Shown in pieces: positions 45,702 to 55,273 of a stretch of 64,000 bases of DNA. Below the pieces are notes generated by a model. It was not told where the DNA came from and made no database searches. It saw only the letters and a list, made by a program, of their open reading frames with translations. Within the stretch, counting starts at the first letter, position 1; each line of letters starts with the position of its first letter. Made by a program: the position numbers and the translations under genes. Origin of the DNA: an uncultured Candidatus Saccharibacteria bacterium (GTDB taxonomy: Bacteria; Patescibacteriota; Minisyncoccia; Phycocordibacterales; PALSA-1337); contig CAZMFR010000004.1 in assembly GCA_964565685.1 (NCBI GenBank), positions 5,077 through 69,076 of the forward strand, read 5' to 3'.

Positions 45702-47056
45702 TTTTGGTTTAAGTCTACAGACCACAGAGACAAGTCTTTTTTATTGACGAAGTACAAGAAACGTTCAGACTGGTCTAGAGCCAGCCATTCTGCGTCGATA
45801 GGCGTATTTGCGTCCTTCGTCAAATCGGAGACCATATGGACAGAACCGGTGTCGGTGTCTATTTCCAAAATACGGTCTATTGTGGAAGCGGTTCCTTCAT
45901 ACCAGGCATCAGGATAGCCGCCGACTGGCACAGATGTCGGCACAGCACAGAAAAGGTCTAGTGGGTTCTGCTTGCTCCAAACGCATTTATCTGCCAGAGT
46001 GACGAATGGCAAGTCTTGGCTAGATGATGTTTTTATATTGTAAAGCGAAGTCACCAAATTTCCAGAAGACGACAAGTCTGAGTACAGGATGATTTGTGCT
46101 GATGGGTTTGGTAAGACAGATAAACCCGCTACACCGCCCAAAACCTCGCTCATGTTGCCTGTTTTAACGTTGATTGAATATAGATATCCATTCGAGCCGG
46201 CAGATGCCCTCGTAGACATCATAAGGGTGCTCGCCGTAGGCCAGAAGGCATTTACTTGATCCAGCGGAGTGCTGAAGATTTGGTTTGACCCACTGCCATC
46301 GAGATTTGAAATGAAGCCGACACCATTTCCATTGACATTTTCGATGGTGAAAAGTTGATTGCCTTTCGGTGAAACCGCAGCAGAGATTATGTTTCCGGGG
46401 AAATAAGTGCCGCGCAACTCAAAAGGCGTTTGACCTAGGGTTTGTTGGGTTGTTTGTTGGATCGGCTGGATCGGTATGCTCGTTGTGGCGGTGCTGGTTC
46501 CCACCTGTTTGTTGTTTGTTTTTTTGGTGGACGATGAGGTATCTATTGGAGCGGCAGTAGATTTTAATTGAACATAGAAATTCGTTATGTTATCACCCCC
46601 CTCTTTTATGTATCTGAAGACTCCCGACATCGCATTTCCATTCCAATAGCTATCATAGACAAGAGGGACTGTTGTATTCGAGATGTTGATCGGCGTTGCT
46701 GAAGCGACGTTCATATCATATATATAACCTGTGCCACGGTCGACAAAGCGCACAAAGGTGCTAGATGCTGTCGTCGAAGCTACAAAACCGCCTATTGGTG
46801 TCGGCCAAATCTCGCGGACTTTTGGCCACCGGAAAGCTTGTTGCCCGTTAGCTGTGCTACTACCTGTTCCACTTGTCCCATTATTCGAGCCATTGTTATT
46901 GGCTGTCCCACTCGAACCAAACGGGCTAAAGGAATTTTGTCCGTTTACAGAGTTCCCCGTTGTTGGTTTGTTTAGATAAAAGAAGAAATAGGCAAATCCA
47001 CCGAGTATCGCCAGTATCAGGATGATTATTATGCTGTATGAAAGTTTGCGGGACAT
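45698..47056 (-). CDS. membrane-anchored protein with a Gly/Ser/Asn-rich linker and predicted beta-rich extracytoplasmic domain (T4SS-like locus)
   Basis: N-terminal transmembrane segment; overlaps the yidC stop by 4 nt, convergently. Confidence 0.45.
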   Translation of the reverse strand: MSRKLSYSIIIILILAILGGFAYFFFYLNKPTTGNSVNGQNSFSPFGSSGTANNNGSNNGTSGTGSSTANGQQAFRWPKVREIWPTPIGGFVASTTASSTFVRFVDRGTGYIYDMNVASATPINISNTTVPLVYDSYWNGNAMSGVFRYIKEGGDNITNFYVQLKSTAAPIDTSSSTKKTNNKQVGTSTATTSIPIQPIQQTTQQTLGQTPFELRGTYFPGNIISAAVSPKGNQLFTIENVNGNGVGFISNLDGSGSNQIFSTPLDQVNAFWPTASTLMMSTRASAGSNGYLYSINVKTGNMSEVLGGVAGLSVLPNPSAQIILYSDLSSSGNLVTSLYNIKTSSSQDLPFVTLADKCVWSKQNPLDLFCAVPTSVPVGGYPDAWYEGTASTIDRILEIDTDTGSVHMVSDLTKDANTPIDAEWLALDQSERFLYFVNKKDLSLWSVDLNQN

Positions 47057-47066
47057 GGTTTATTTA

Positions 47067-47627
47067 TTACGGAGTGCCTCCAATAGGCAAAGATGATCCC
47101 CTTTGTGTTGTGTTGTTTTGCAGAATTTGTTTTGCTGTATTCCCAGAAAGGTTATTTTCATTGCTAGATAGATTAGAAAAAGAACTTAAATTTGAAACTA
47201 TCAAATTTGGGTCTATTGTGTAAATTATAAGATAAGAACATAATGCCAAAAGAAGACCCAAAACAGCGTTCCATATTTTCTCTTGAGCGCTTTTTTTGTC
47301 TGTTACTGAAGAGGATAACATATATTCAAAACCACCTACCGTTATCATAAAGACTGCTAATACGACCGCTAAAGCCAAAGAGAACTTGTAAGCATAGGCA
47401 ATATATGAATTTACATCAATCTGTGTTACTGCTTTATTGCCATTAGCATCGGTTCCACAAGAAACATTTGTGGCCCCATTTAGACACGGCAATGGCGCGA
47501 GTAGGGTGTATTGAGTTTGAGCTTTAATAAGAGAAAAAGGCAAAAACAAGAAACAAAGAGGAAAAAGTAAAGAGAAAAACAATAATTTTTTAAAGTGAGA
47601 TGGCATTGTTGTTTTTGTTTGCTTCAA
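47067..47627 (-). CDS. putative VirB2/TrbC-like pilin (signal peptide plus two hydrophobic helices)
   Basis: architecture only; located in the VirB4 operon. Confidence 0.4.
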   Translation of the reverse strand: MKQTKTTMPSHFKKLLFFSLLFPLCFLFLPFSLIKAQTQYTLLAPLPCLNGATNVSCGTDANGNKAVTQIDVNSYIAYAYKFSLALAVVLAVFMITVGGFEYMLSSSVTDKKSAQEKIWNAVLGLLLALCSYLIIYTIDPNLIVSNLSSFSNLSSNENNLSGNTAKQILQNNTTQRGSSLPIGGTP

Positions 47628-48609
47628 ACGTAACTGTTATGGCATTTGTCGCCCCCTGGAGGATTTCTCGCATATTCTGCAGTTGTAATTGTACAGGATA
47701 GTCGGCGGCGTTTGAAGTGTCTTCTACACGCAGTGTGACGCTCCTGTTTTTTGATAGATTCGATTGACTCGAACCGTTTATCGTCCAACCGTATTGCAGA
47801 CTATTATTTGTCAAACTCGGCAAGGAAAAAGAATATGGTGTAGCCAAAAGAGTGATCTCCTGATTTGAAAAAGTCGTTTGTGCGCCGAGAGCGAGGTTGT
47901 ATAAAACGCCATACAGAGGATCATCCTTGTAAAAAACAAGCGAAGGACTTCCCGCCTGTAGGGTAATGACCCCGGATGTTGTCTCAGAGCCATCGCGTGT
48001 AGAAACACTGACACGAATCGTTGTTGGACGCGGTATGACACTGCCATTTATGATTATCGATTGCTTGCCATAGCCGCTCTGGTTTTGAAGAGCGGTATAA
48101 TCTTGTGTCCAACTATATACTAGATTCGACGGGTTTATTTCCTTGCCGGAACTATCGGCCAAGTGCGGCATCGCGATTATTTTAACAGCGTTCTCATATG
48201 CGAAATTTTGTTTACCTTGGAATAATGGGGGTACGTATCCTTGGCTTTCCCAAACCATATCGACTGAACCGCTCTTTATGACTACGGATTTTTGTATGGT
48301 TTTACCGTCTTGTGTTTGGATCAGGATTGTCACGTTGCTCTCCTTGCCCAATGCTGGTGCAGTCAGATTTATATCGTTCTTGCCGATACCCTCGGTTATT
48401 TTTTGTCCGTTAACAACCCAGGTGATATATGCCGAAGAAATATCTGACAAATAGTCTTGGAGGTTTATCTCGACATTCTTGCCCGGGACAGGATTCTGTG
48501 GAGTGATCGTCATATCAATTCCATCTACAGAGCTGGGGACCTGAGCATGGGCAATAGAAAATGAAAGAACAAAAGAAGCGAAAAAGAAAGTTAAGGCGAG
48601 CTTTTTCAT
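47590..48609 (-). CDS. secreted protein with signal peptide and repeated beta-rich (Ig-like) modules
   Basis: N-terminal MKKLALTFFFASFVLSFSIAHAQ. Confidence 0.5.
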   Translation of the reverse strand: MKKLALTFFFASFVLSFSIAHAQVPSSVDGIDMTITPQNPVPGKNVEINLQDYLSDISSAYITWVVNGQKITEGIGKNDINLTAPALGKESNVTILIQTQDGKTIQKSVVIKSGSVDMVWESQGYVPPLFQGKQNFAYENAVKIIAMPHLADSSGKEINPSNLVYSWTQDYTALQNQSGYGKQSIIINGSVIPRPTTIRVSVSTRDGSETTSGVITLQAGSPSLVFYKDDPLYGVLYNLALGAQTTFSNQEITLLATPYSFSLPSLTNNSLQYGWTINGSSQSNLSKNRSVTLRVEDTSNAADYPVQLQLQNMREILQGATNAITVTFEANKNNNAISL

Positions 48610-48680
48610 AGCTTTATTCTATCATGTCAAGACGTCACCTTGTACAAGACTTCTCCACAAGTACAAGGTGCTACCTTGTA

Positions 48681-49169
48681 CTAAACCCCACCGTTTGGCA
48701 GTCTCACACCGCCTTGGTTCATGGGTTTTTGAATGACTGGTGGTTTACGAGTGCCATTTACGTTTAACGGAGCTTCCCCACCCCCAGTTTCTCCTTCTGC
48801 TTTTTCTGCTAGTTTGTTTATCTTTGCTACCGCCAAGACTATTTTTGAGGATAATTTTTCTTGGTTTTGTTCCGCCTTAACTACTTTGTGTGTAAAATCA
48901 ATCGTGACGAGCGTCCCTGGATAAAATTCGAACGTCATTTCTGATCCAATGAAATTAGATATCAATCTTAATAGTGCCGCTGGGTTATTCATATTCACTC
49001 CACGTAACTGGAAGTAAATGTATAACAAAAGAGCCAGTCCCATTTCAATGAGTTCATTTAATGCTTCTCCTACACCAACAAAAAGATCGAGTATTATTTG
49101 AGCTATCCAAATGATTACTCCAAAAAAATAAAGCATTCTCCACTCCCATTTTCCGATTTTTGAATTCAT
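48681..49169 (-). CDS. small membrane protein (T4SS-like locus)
   Basis: two or three transmembrane helices; position in the operon. Confidence 0.45.
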   Translation of the reverse strand: MNSKIGKWEWRMLYFFGVIIWIAQIILDLFVGVGEALNELIEMGLALLLYIYFQLRGVNMNNPAALLRLISNFIGSEMTFEFYPGTLVTIDFTHKVVKAEQNQEKLSSKIVLAVAKINKLAEKAEGETGGGEAPLNVNGTRKPPVIQKPMNQGGVRLPNGGV

Positions 49170-49181
49170 TGTTTTGATTTA

Positions 49182-51062
49182 CTACAACAATGTTGAAGTA
49201 GTAGTCGCTCTTTTACCAGTAGCACCGGTTCCAATCGCCGCAGTTGTTGCATTTGCCGCCAATGCTTCCTTCTTTGCCTCTTTTATTGCCGCCAATTGCG
49301 CTGGATTGCTGGTGATTATTTGGTCTTCGGTGTACGAAGCCACGACCTTTATTGCTACGTGCTTTAATCCGACGAAAAATATCCCTTCTCCTACATCTGA
49401 CTCGAGCAAGAGATATTTTTCCTCGTCTGTAAGATTGAATACTTTTTGTATGTTATCCATGGAAGTCGGCGATTGCTTCAAAAGTATTTGAATGGACGAG
49501 TTCGTTAAAATAGGCATGCCGTAGGGCGATTTTAGGAAATCATCGACGTCTTGGGTGATGGTGGCAAGGCCCAGGAAATATTTGCGACCGCGCTTGGCTA
49601 TGGACAATAGGAATGATGCGGTGTCTTCGCTTTTCATCATCCACCATGCCTCATCGACGACCATCAGGCGTTTTTTTATGTCTTTCCTGATTGCGTTCCA
49701 TATGTGGTGAGTGACGATATACATTGCGACGGGCTTTAGCTCGTCTTCCATATCGCGCACGGAAAAGACCACGAATTTATGATTTATATCGACATTCGTA
49801 GGGTGATTTAGAAAACCAGACCATGTACCGGTGGTGAATTTTGTCAAACGTTCGACCAGAGATTCTGCGCCCTCCATGCCGCCCAAGACAAGCTCGAAAT
49901 CGCCTAGAAGCGGCGGCGTGACATTGGCGAAATTTGAATCTGCGGAAATGTCTTTCAGAGCATAAGTTTCGGTGATTGCCCGGTCGATTATAGCGTCTTC
50001 TTCTGGCGTCAATCCGCCCAACATGACACGGAACAAACCGACCAGATTGATGATATTTGAACGCAATATGTCTGCCCCGCTTTCATCCTCCCTAGCGATC
50101 GGCAGGTCGAATGGATTTATATGGTGCTCTGAATTGAGCGAGATGTTGAAATATTTTCCTCCGGTCAATTCAGCCATATGCTCGTACTCGCGCTCCGGAT
50201 CGATTATGATGACTTCGGTGTCGAACATCAATGTTCGCAGAATTTCCAGTTTTGTGCAGTATGATTTACCAGAGCCGGACTTGGCAAAAGTGACAGAGTT
50301 ATAGTTCTCCAGAAGATATCTGTCAAAAATGACCAGAGACGAGTTGTGCCTATTTATGCCGTAGAGGATTCCCTTATCAGAAGTGAGATCGAATGATACG
50401 AATGGAAAAATCGAAGAAAGCGGAGCAGAATTCATCTTTGAATTGACGTTCAGCTCGTCATTTCCGATAGGCAGAACGCTCCTGTACCCGCTCTCCTGTT
50501 GGAAAAGGGCCGGTTTTATGTAAACCATCTTTGCTTCGAGGATAGATTTGATCTCGCTTTCCAATTTATCTAGCTCTGTCTCGTTGTCGCCAAATATGGT
50601 TAGGTAAACGCCGACGTCGAATATTTTTTCTTGTGCCTGCATCAGAGTGTCGCGCAAGCTCTCAAGGTCCTGGTAGGCCGTGTCCAGGGCTGGGTCGCGG
50701 ACTAGGCCCCGGTCTTCACGGCGCGAGATCTGGCTTTGCACCTCGGCTACTTTTTTCTGGAATTTTCGCAGGATCTTTGAAGTATCGACAGGATGAATGA
50801 ATATGGAGATATTGAAGACTTTGTCTAGATTTATGATCGGCGCGAACCAGCTGTCAGTCAGAAACCTAGGATAAGAAATGACAAAAAATGTTCTCGCCAA
50901 TTTTTCTCCAAGGTTCAGCTCTTTTGGCCCGATCTTTAAAGCAGAAGGCGCAATGATGTCTTTTAATTCCAAAACGCCATCCTGATAGATGTCTTGGGGC
51001 AAGAGAGAAACGAGCGGTTGCTCATCGTCTTTCTTTTTGAATAGTTTTGAGAATATTGACAT
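49182..51062 (-). CDS. virB4: VirB4/TrbE-family type IV secretion ATPase (compact, 626 aa)
   Basis: Walker A AKSGSGKSY, Walker B VVDEAW, VirB4-like N-terminal membrane-proximal domain. Confidence 0.8.
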   Translation of the reverse strand: MSIFSKLFKKKDDEQPLVSLLPQDIYQDGVLELKDIIAPSALKIGPKELNLGEKLARTFFVISYPRFLTDSWFAPIINLDKVFNISIFIHPVDTSKILRKFQKKVAEVQSQISRREDRGLVRDPALDTAYQDLESLRDTLMQAQEKIFDVGVYLTIFGDNETELDKLESEIKSILEAKMVYIKPALFQQESGYRSVLPIGNDELNVNSKMNSAPLSSIFPFVSFDLTSDKGILYGINRHNSSLVIFDRYLLENYNSVTFAKSGSGKSYCTKLEILRTLMFDTEVIIIDPEREYEHMAELTGGKYFNISLNSEHHINPFDLPIAREDESGADILRSNIINLVGLFRVMLGGLTPEEDAIIDRAITETYALKDISADSNFANVTPPLLGDFELVLGGMEGAESLVERLTKFTTGTWSGFLNHPTNVDINHKFVVFSVRDMEDELKPVAMYIVTHHIWNAIRKDIKKRLMVVDEAWWMMKSEDTASFLLSIAKRGRKYFLGLATITQDVDDFLKSPYGMPILTNSSIQILLKQSPTSMDNIQKVFNLTDEEKYLLLESDVGEGIFFVGLKHVAIKVVASYTEDQIITSNPAQLAAIKEAKKEALAANATTAAIGTGATGKRATTTSTLL

Positions 51063-51140
51063 GGATTTAAGATTTGGGATCTAAGATTTAAGAGAAGAAT
51101 TGCTCGCATTATTCTTGATTCTTAAATCATGAATCTTGAA

Positions 51141-51770
51141 TCAAGTGATCTGCATCGGCTTTTCCGTATCTCCCGGATTGAATATCTTGTAGAACAATTC
51201 TACCACTTCCTCAGTTCCTAGCTCGACCACGCGAACGCCGCATCGCACCAGGCCCTGCTCGACCACGCCGACTCTCTGCTCCAACTGGCTCCGATATTCT
51301 TCGAAATCTTCGGTAGCTGTCGGGGCGGTCTTTTTATTGCCTGGGAGGAAACGCGAAACTGGATTGGTGCTCTTGCCGAGTATTGGTGCGGCGTATGGCA
51401 CTACGATGAAGAACGTCTTTGTCATTATGTTGGAGCTATCGACGAATGTCTTTATAAAATCTATGTATTCTTGCACCTGGATCTTCATAAGCTCGGTCGT
51501 TTGATTCTTGTATTGCTCCTCTAGAAGGGCCATATATGGCCGTATGTCTAGCTTTTTCGATTGGACGAAGATTTGCAGATCGAAATCGAGAGAATTCAAA
51601 AAATTTTGGAACTGAAACAAAATAGAGTTTTGCTCATCCGATGATTTGAGGGCGAAATTGACGGACGAAGCCATGACAAGAGCCCGAAATGAACCGTCGT
51701 TCAATATAGCCACTCCATCACGGACTTCTTTTATAGGGACGAATGCTTGGGATTCTTTTGGAGTAGGCAT
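51141..51770 (-). CDS. protein resembling the VirB4 N-terminal domain only
   Basis: PIKEVRDGVAILNDGSFRALVMASSVNF parallels the N-terminus of the adjacent ATPase (LKDIIAPSALKIG...FFVISYP). Confidence 0.4.
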   Translation of the reverse strand: MPTPKESQAFVPIKEVRDGVAILNDGSFRALVMASSVNFALKSSDEQNSILFQFQNFLNSLDFDLQIFVQSKKLDIRPYMALLEEQYKNQTTELMKIQVQEYIDFIKTFVDSSNIMTKTFFIVVPYAAPILGKSTNPVSRFLPGNKKTAPTATEDFEEYRSQLEQRVGVVEQGLVRCGVRVVELGTEEVVELFYKIFNPGDTEKPMQIT

Positions 51771-51775
51771 GATCG

Positions 51776-52252
51776 TTATTTATGAGTGACTTCCCCTGAA
51801 TTGATTCTCTCTTGTATATCCAAATTCCACGCGAGATCTTTTAACTTGCTCTGTGACACTTTTGGTACCATGACGCCGGCGTATTTTCCAGCACCCGCGC
51901 CAGCCGTATCGTTCGACTTGTCATTTCCAGCCGCTTTCATTTTTGCCTCGATCAAAGCCGCCTGTTTCTTGTCATCCTTTTTCCATAAATAAAGCTTTGA
52001 ACCGACGCTGTATCTGAAAGCTGACTCCAGGACGTTGATGAACGGGCGATTATTGACCCGATAGAAGGCCAACGCCGCGGAAAAAGCCAGAACGAGGATT
52101 ATAGGAACGGCTGAAAATATCAGCGACGGTATAAAGCGATATAGCATATATGCCGAGGCAATGCCGCCGATCATATAGATGAACTGTTTGAATGTGAAAG
52201 GACCGAATATCTTGTCCTCGACGTCAATGAATTGAGGAACCTGGTATTGCAT
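51776..52252 (-). CDS. PrgI-family (VirB3-like) membrane protein
   Basis: N-terminus MQYQVPQFIDVEDKIFGPFTFKQFIYMIGG plus two transmembrane helices. Confidence 0.6.
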   Translation of the reverse strand: MQYQVPQFIDVEDKIFGPFTFKQFIYMIGGIASAYMLYRFIPSLIFSAVPIILVLAFSAALAFYRVNNRPFINVLESAFRYSVGSKLYLWKKDDKKQAALIEAKMKAAGNDKSNDTAGAGAGKYAGVMVPKVSQSKLKDLAWNLDIQERINSGEVTHK

Positions 52253-52267
52253 GTCTATAGTATAGCA

Positions 52268-53086
52268 TCATTCCAACGCTTCCCTATATGGATCCGTCCC
52301 ATCGTACGGTCTGACTTTCTTCTCTTGTTTCCCGGCATCTGAATTTTCTCCAGAAGAGCCAGAACCCATCGGCATAGCCACGCCTTTCGATAGCAGAGTG
52401 TCTACTATGCTAGATTGATCCGGCTGTTTCTTGGCGCTTTCTTTTGAAGCATTGTCCTCCGCTGTTGTTTCTGGAATGTCGCTGAGCAGATGTTCCGACG
52501 ATATATCACTGTCCAATTCCAAGACGTTCATTATATCTTCTTTTGATTCCAAACTTTTTGGGTTTGATTCTGGCGCAGGCGTCTCATCATTCTTGTCAAC
52601 CACGAACCCGCCCGCTTTTTCGACAGCTGAAACGACTGATTCTTTTTTTGCTTTCTCAGCGTCTATCAGCATTGTTTCTTCGCCTGTTTGTTCAGCAGGC
52701 GTGCTTTTGCCGAATTGATTATTTTCTTGCTCGGCACCGCCGCTTTCTTTGCTATAGCCCCCCTCCTCTTCCCCTTCAATTTTTTTCAACGACTCCCGTA
52801 TCTTGTCGAATATCTGTTTATTGATGTCTTGGGCGATGAGCATGGCCTTGCCTGTGTCTACCTGCATTCTCCTGGCGATATTCGTTACGAATCTATCTTC
52901 CGGCGTAAGACCAATCATGGTCAGGCCGACCTCGTCGACGAGCTCGCTTATCTGATCGTACAACAGATCGTGTTTTTGGCCGATATCTACGACTGTGTTC
53001 GTGGTGCTTATAGAGTCGATGGCTTCACGGATATCAGCAGGCAATTTGTTGTAGCGGCTTTTAATTTGTTCTGGTGTGTATGGCAT
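52268..53086 (-). CDS. acidic, low-complexity hypothetical protein (T4SS-like locus)
   Basis: 272 aa, E/D/S-rich; 4-nt gap to the next gene. Confidence 0.45.
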   Translation of the reverse strand: MPYTPEQIKSRYNKLPADIREAIDSISTTNTVVDIGQKHDLLYDQISELVDEVGLTMIGLTPEDRFVTNIARRMQVDTGKAMLIAQDINKQIFDKIRESLKKIEGEEEGGYSKESGGAEQENNQFGKSTPAEQTGEETMLIDAEKAKKESVVSAVEKAGGFVVDKNDETPAPESNPKSLESKEDIMNVLELDSDISSEHLLSDIPETTAEDNASKESAKKQPDQSSIVDTLLSKGVAMPMGSGSSGENSDAGKQEKKVRPYDGTDPYREALE

Positions 53087-53089
53087 GGG

Positions 53090-55267
53090 TTATGGTTTTG
53101 GTTCGCTTGACTTTGGTTCTTTTTTGGATTCTGACTTTTCACCGCTGTCTTTTATTTTGGCAACAGCGTCTTCTAATTCCTTTTGTTTTTTTGCATCAGC
53201 CGCCGCCTTGCTATACTTCGACTGATCAGCAATCTTTTTCTGGAATGGTGCTTCTCTGGTTTTTGATTCGTTATCCCACTTGGTCTCTATTGATTTTTTG
53301 GTATTTTCTACTTCTTTTTCCATTGATTTCCTGATATTTTCTACTTCTTCTTTTGTTTTGTCGCTATATTTACTACCTAATCTTGCGAGATCGCTCTTTA
53401 ATGCATTGTCTATTTCTTCTATATCAGCTTTGTGTTTAGTATCGACCTCAGCAAATTCTGCCTTACGTTTTTCAGAGATTTCATCTTTAATCTTTTCAAT
53501 TTCTGCTTTATTTTCATTTATTATTTTTTCAATTTCATCTCCATGTACCTTTCCGTAATTTGCATTATAATCATTCTCTAGAGCATAGCCAGAGCGATCG
53601 ACTCCTAGAAAATGCGATATCGGGTCTTTTCTCATCTCTTGCAGGTTATCTTTGTATCGACCTTGCAACTCCACAGCTCTTTCTTCTGCTTTATGAAATT
53701 CCTCATCGGAAGCATAATCGGCGCGATTTACTGTCCCAATGTTTTTAAATAATTTCTTTCTAGATTTTTCATCAGCTTCTCTCTGTGCATCAAAACCGCC
53801 CTTTTTACCGCCCCAAGAGGCAGAACTTATACTACCCAAAGCACCAGAAGCTATGCCCCCAAGTATTGGATTGTTAGCTGCAAATTCCCTAAAACCTGGG
53901 GTCTCACGATATTTTGCCGCTGCCGCGCCAGCAGTATTTCTGGCAGCAAACGCCGCAGTTTTCTGTAGGGAATCCGATGTCGTCTTTTTGAGCCATCCAT
54001 AAAATTTGGAACCTGTTTCTCCGCTCGCACTACCGAATGATTTCGCCGCAATGATTGAAGCATTGATCAAAAATATTCCTATCATAAATTTAAAGAATAC
54101 TGCGAGTGTACCAGTGTTGAAAAAACCGGTTATGTTCGTGGTTGCGATAGCACTCTGTGCTGCGGAAACCAGAGCGTTTGAAGAAGTACCGCCGGTCAGA
54201 GCTGTGCTAGACATAAACATAACGGCAAAGTACAGAAAAACCAGATAGATAGGGGCAACCATACACTCGCCTATCAGAAGTTTTGACCATTTCTTTGAAT
54301 AATCGCTTATTTGTGGCAGAACTAGTCCTATCCACCATATTGGTGAAAAAGCCATAAGCATTATGAGATAGAACAAGCGCATAAACAATATAATCGCAGC
54401 AACCAAGAAACTGAATCCAGCCAAAGTCATCATGACCGTGCTCATGATCATCCCAATAGTCATATTTGCAAGAGCATCTCCGGTGAGTAGCCCCTGCACG
54501 GCTGGTACGAGGGTATTCTGTAAATATAATCCTTTCATTAAAGTGTAACTTAGCCCGGTACCGTTAGCTAACATATTCCACCAAGTGCTAAATGTTCCAC
54601 CAGATGTCAGAGGAGTTACTGCGATCTGATTATATATATAGATCGCTATTATATTCGAGGCATCTATTATTAATTTAGTAAAGAATAGACTAAAATTGAT
54701 CAACAATCCGGCTAATACAACACGTACCAAAAGAGTTTTAATCTTCTGTTCATTTAATCCAACTATCATCGTTATAGACGCATAAAGAAGAACAAATATG
54801 ATGATTATGCTCATACTATCTCGTACAATGGACCACATACTGTTTATCGCACCGACCGAATTGACAATATCGGCAATATGTAGATTCATGATTAATGCTC
54901 CATCCATGAACATCCCCATGAGCCAAACAAATACTGTAGCTATTGGTATTATTATTGATAATACCAATACTATTATCGGACTTACTGCATATAAAATTGC
55001 ATTTTCGAGCGACTTTGCTATTCCAGTAAGAGCAGTATTAGCTAAGGTAGAAGCACCAGATTTTACCGCCGATGCACTGGTGAATAATGAACTAACCCAT
55101 GTTGCTGGGTCAAGAGTGTTAACAGTACCGTTAACGATAGTATCTCCCAAAATACTTCCTGTAGAATAATTTGCTAGAGCGTGTGTATCGCGTGGTGTTA
55201 TCACAAACCCTACCACCAAGATTATTGTGGCGATGGTTGCGATGATTTGTGTGCGGCGGGTTTTCAT
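53090..55267 (-). CDS. VirB6/TrbL-like polytopic membrane protein with a charged coiled-coil C-terminal tail
   Basis: 725 aa; more than six transmembrane helices followed by a KE-rich tail. Confidence 0.5.
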   Translation of the reverse strand: MKTRRTQIIATIATIILVVGFVITPRDTHALANYSTGSILGDTIVNGTVNTLDPATWVSSLFTSASAVKSGASTLANTALTGIAKSLENAILYAVSPIIVLVLSIIIPIATVFVWLMGMFMDGALIMNLHIADIVNSVGAINSMWSIVRDSMSIIIIFVLLYASITMIVGLNEQKIKTLLVRVVLAGLLINFSLFFTKLIIDASNIIAIYIYNQIAVTPLTSGGTFSTWWNMLANGTGLSYTLMKGLYLQNTLVPAVQGLLTGDALANMTIGMIMSTVMMTLAGFSFLVAAIILFMRLFYLIMLMAFSPIWWIGLVLPQISDYSKKWSKLLIGECMVAPIYLVFLYFAVMFMSSTALTGGTSSNALVSAAQSAIATTNITGFFNTGTLAVFFKFMIGIFLINASIIAAKSFGSASGETGSKFYGWLKKTTSDSLQKTAAFAARNTAGAAAAKYRETPGFREFAANNPILGGIASGALGSISSASWGGKKGGFDAQREADEKSRKKLFKNIGTVNRADYASDEEFHKAEERAVELQGRYKDNLQEMRKDPISHFLGVDRSGYALENDYNANYGKVHGDEIEKIINENKAEIEKIKDEISEKRKAEFAEVDTKHKADIEEIDNALKSDLARLGSKYSDKTKEEVENIRKSMEKEVENTKKSIETKWDNESKTREAPFQKKIADQSKYSKAAADAKKQKELEDAVAKIKDSGEKSESKKEPKSSEPKP

Positions 55268-55273
55268 GTGGGG

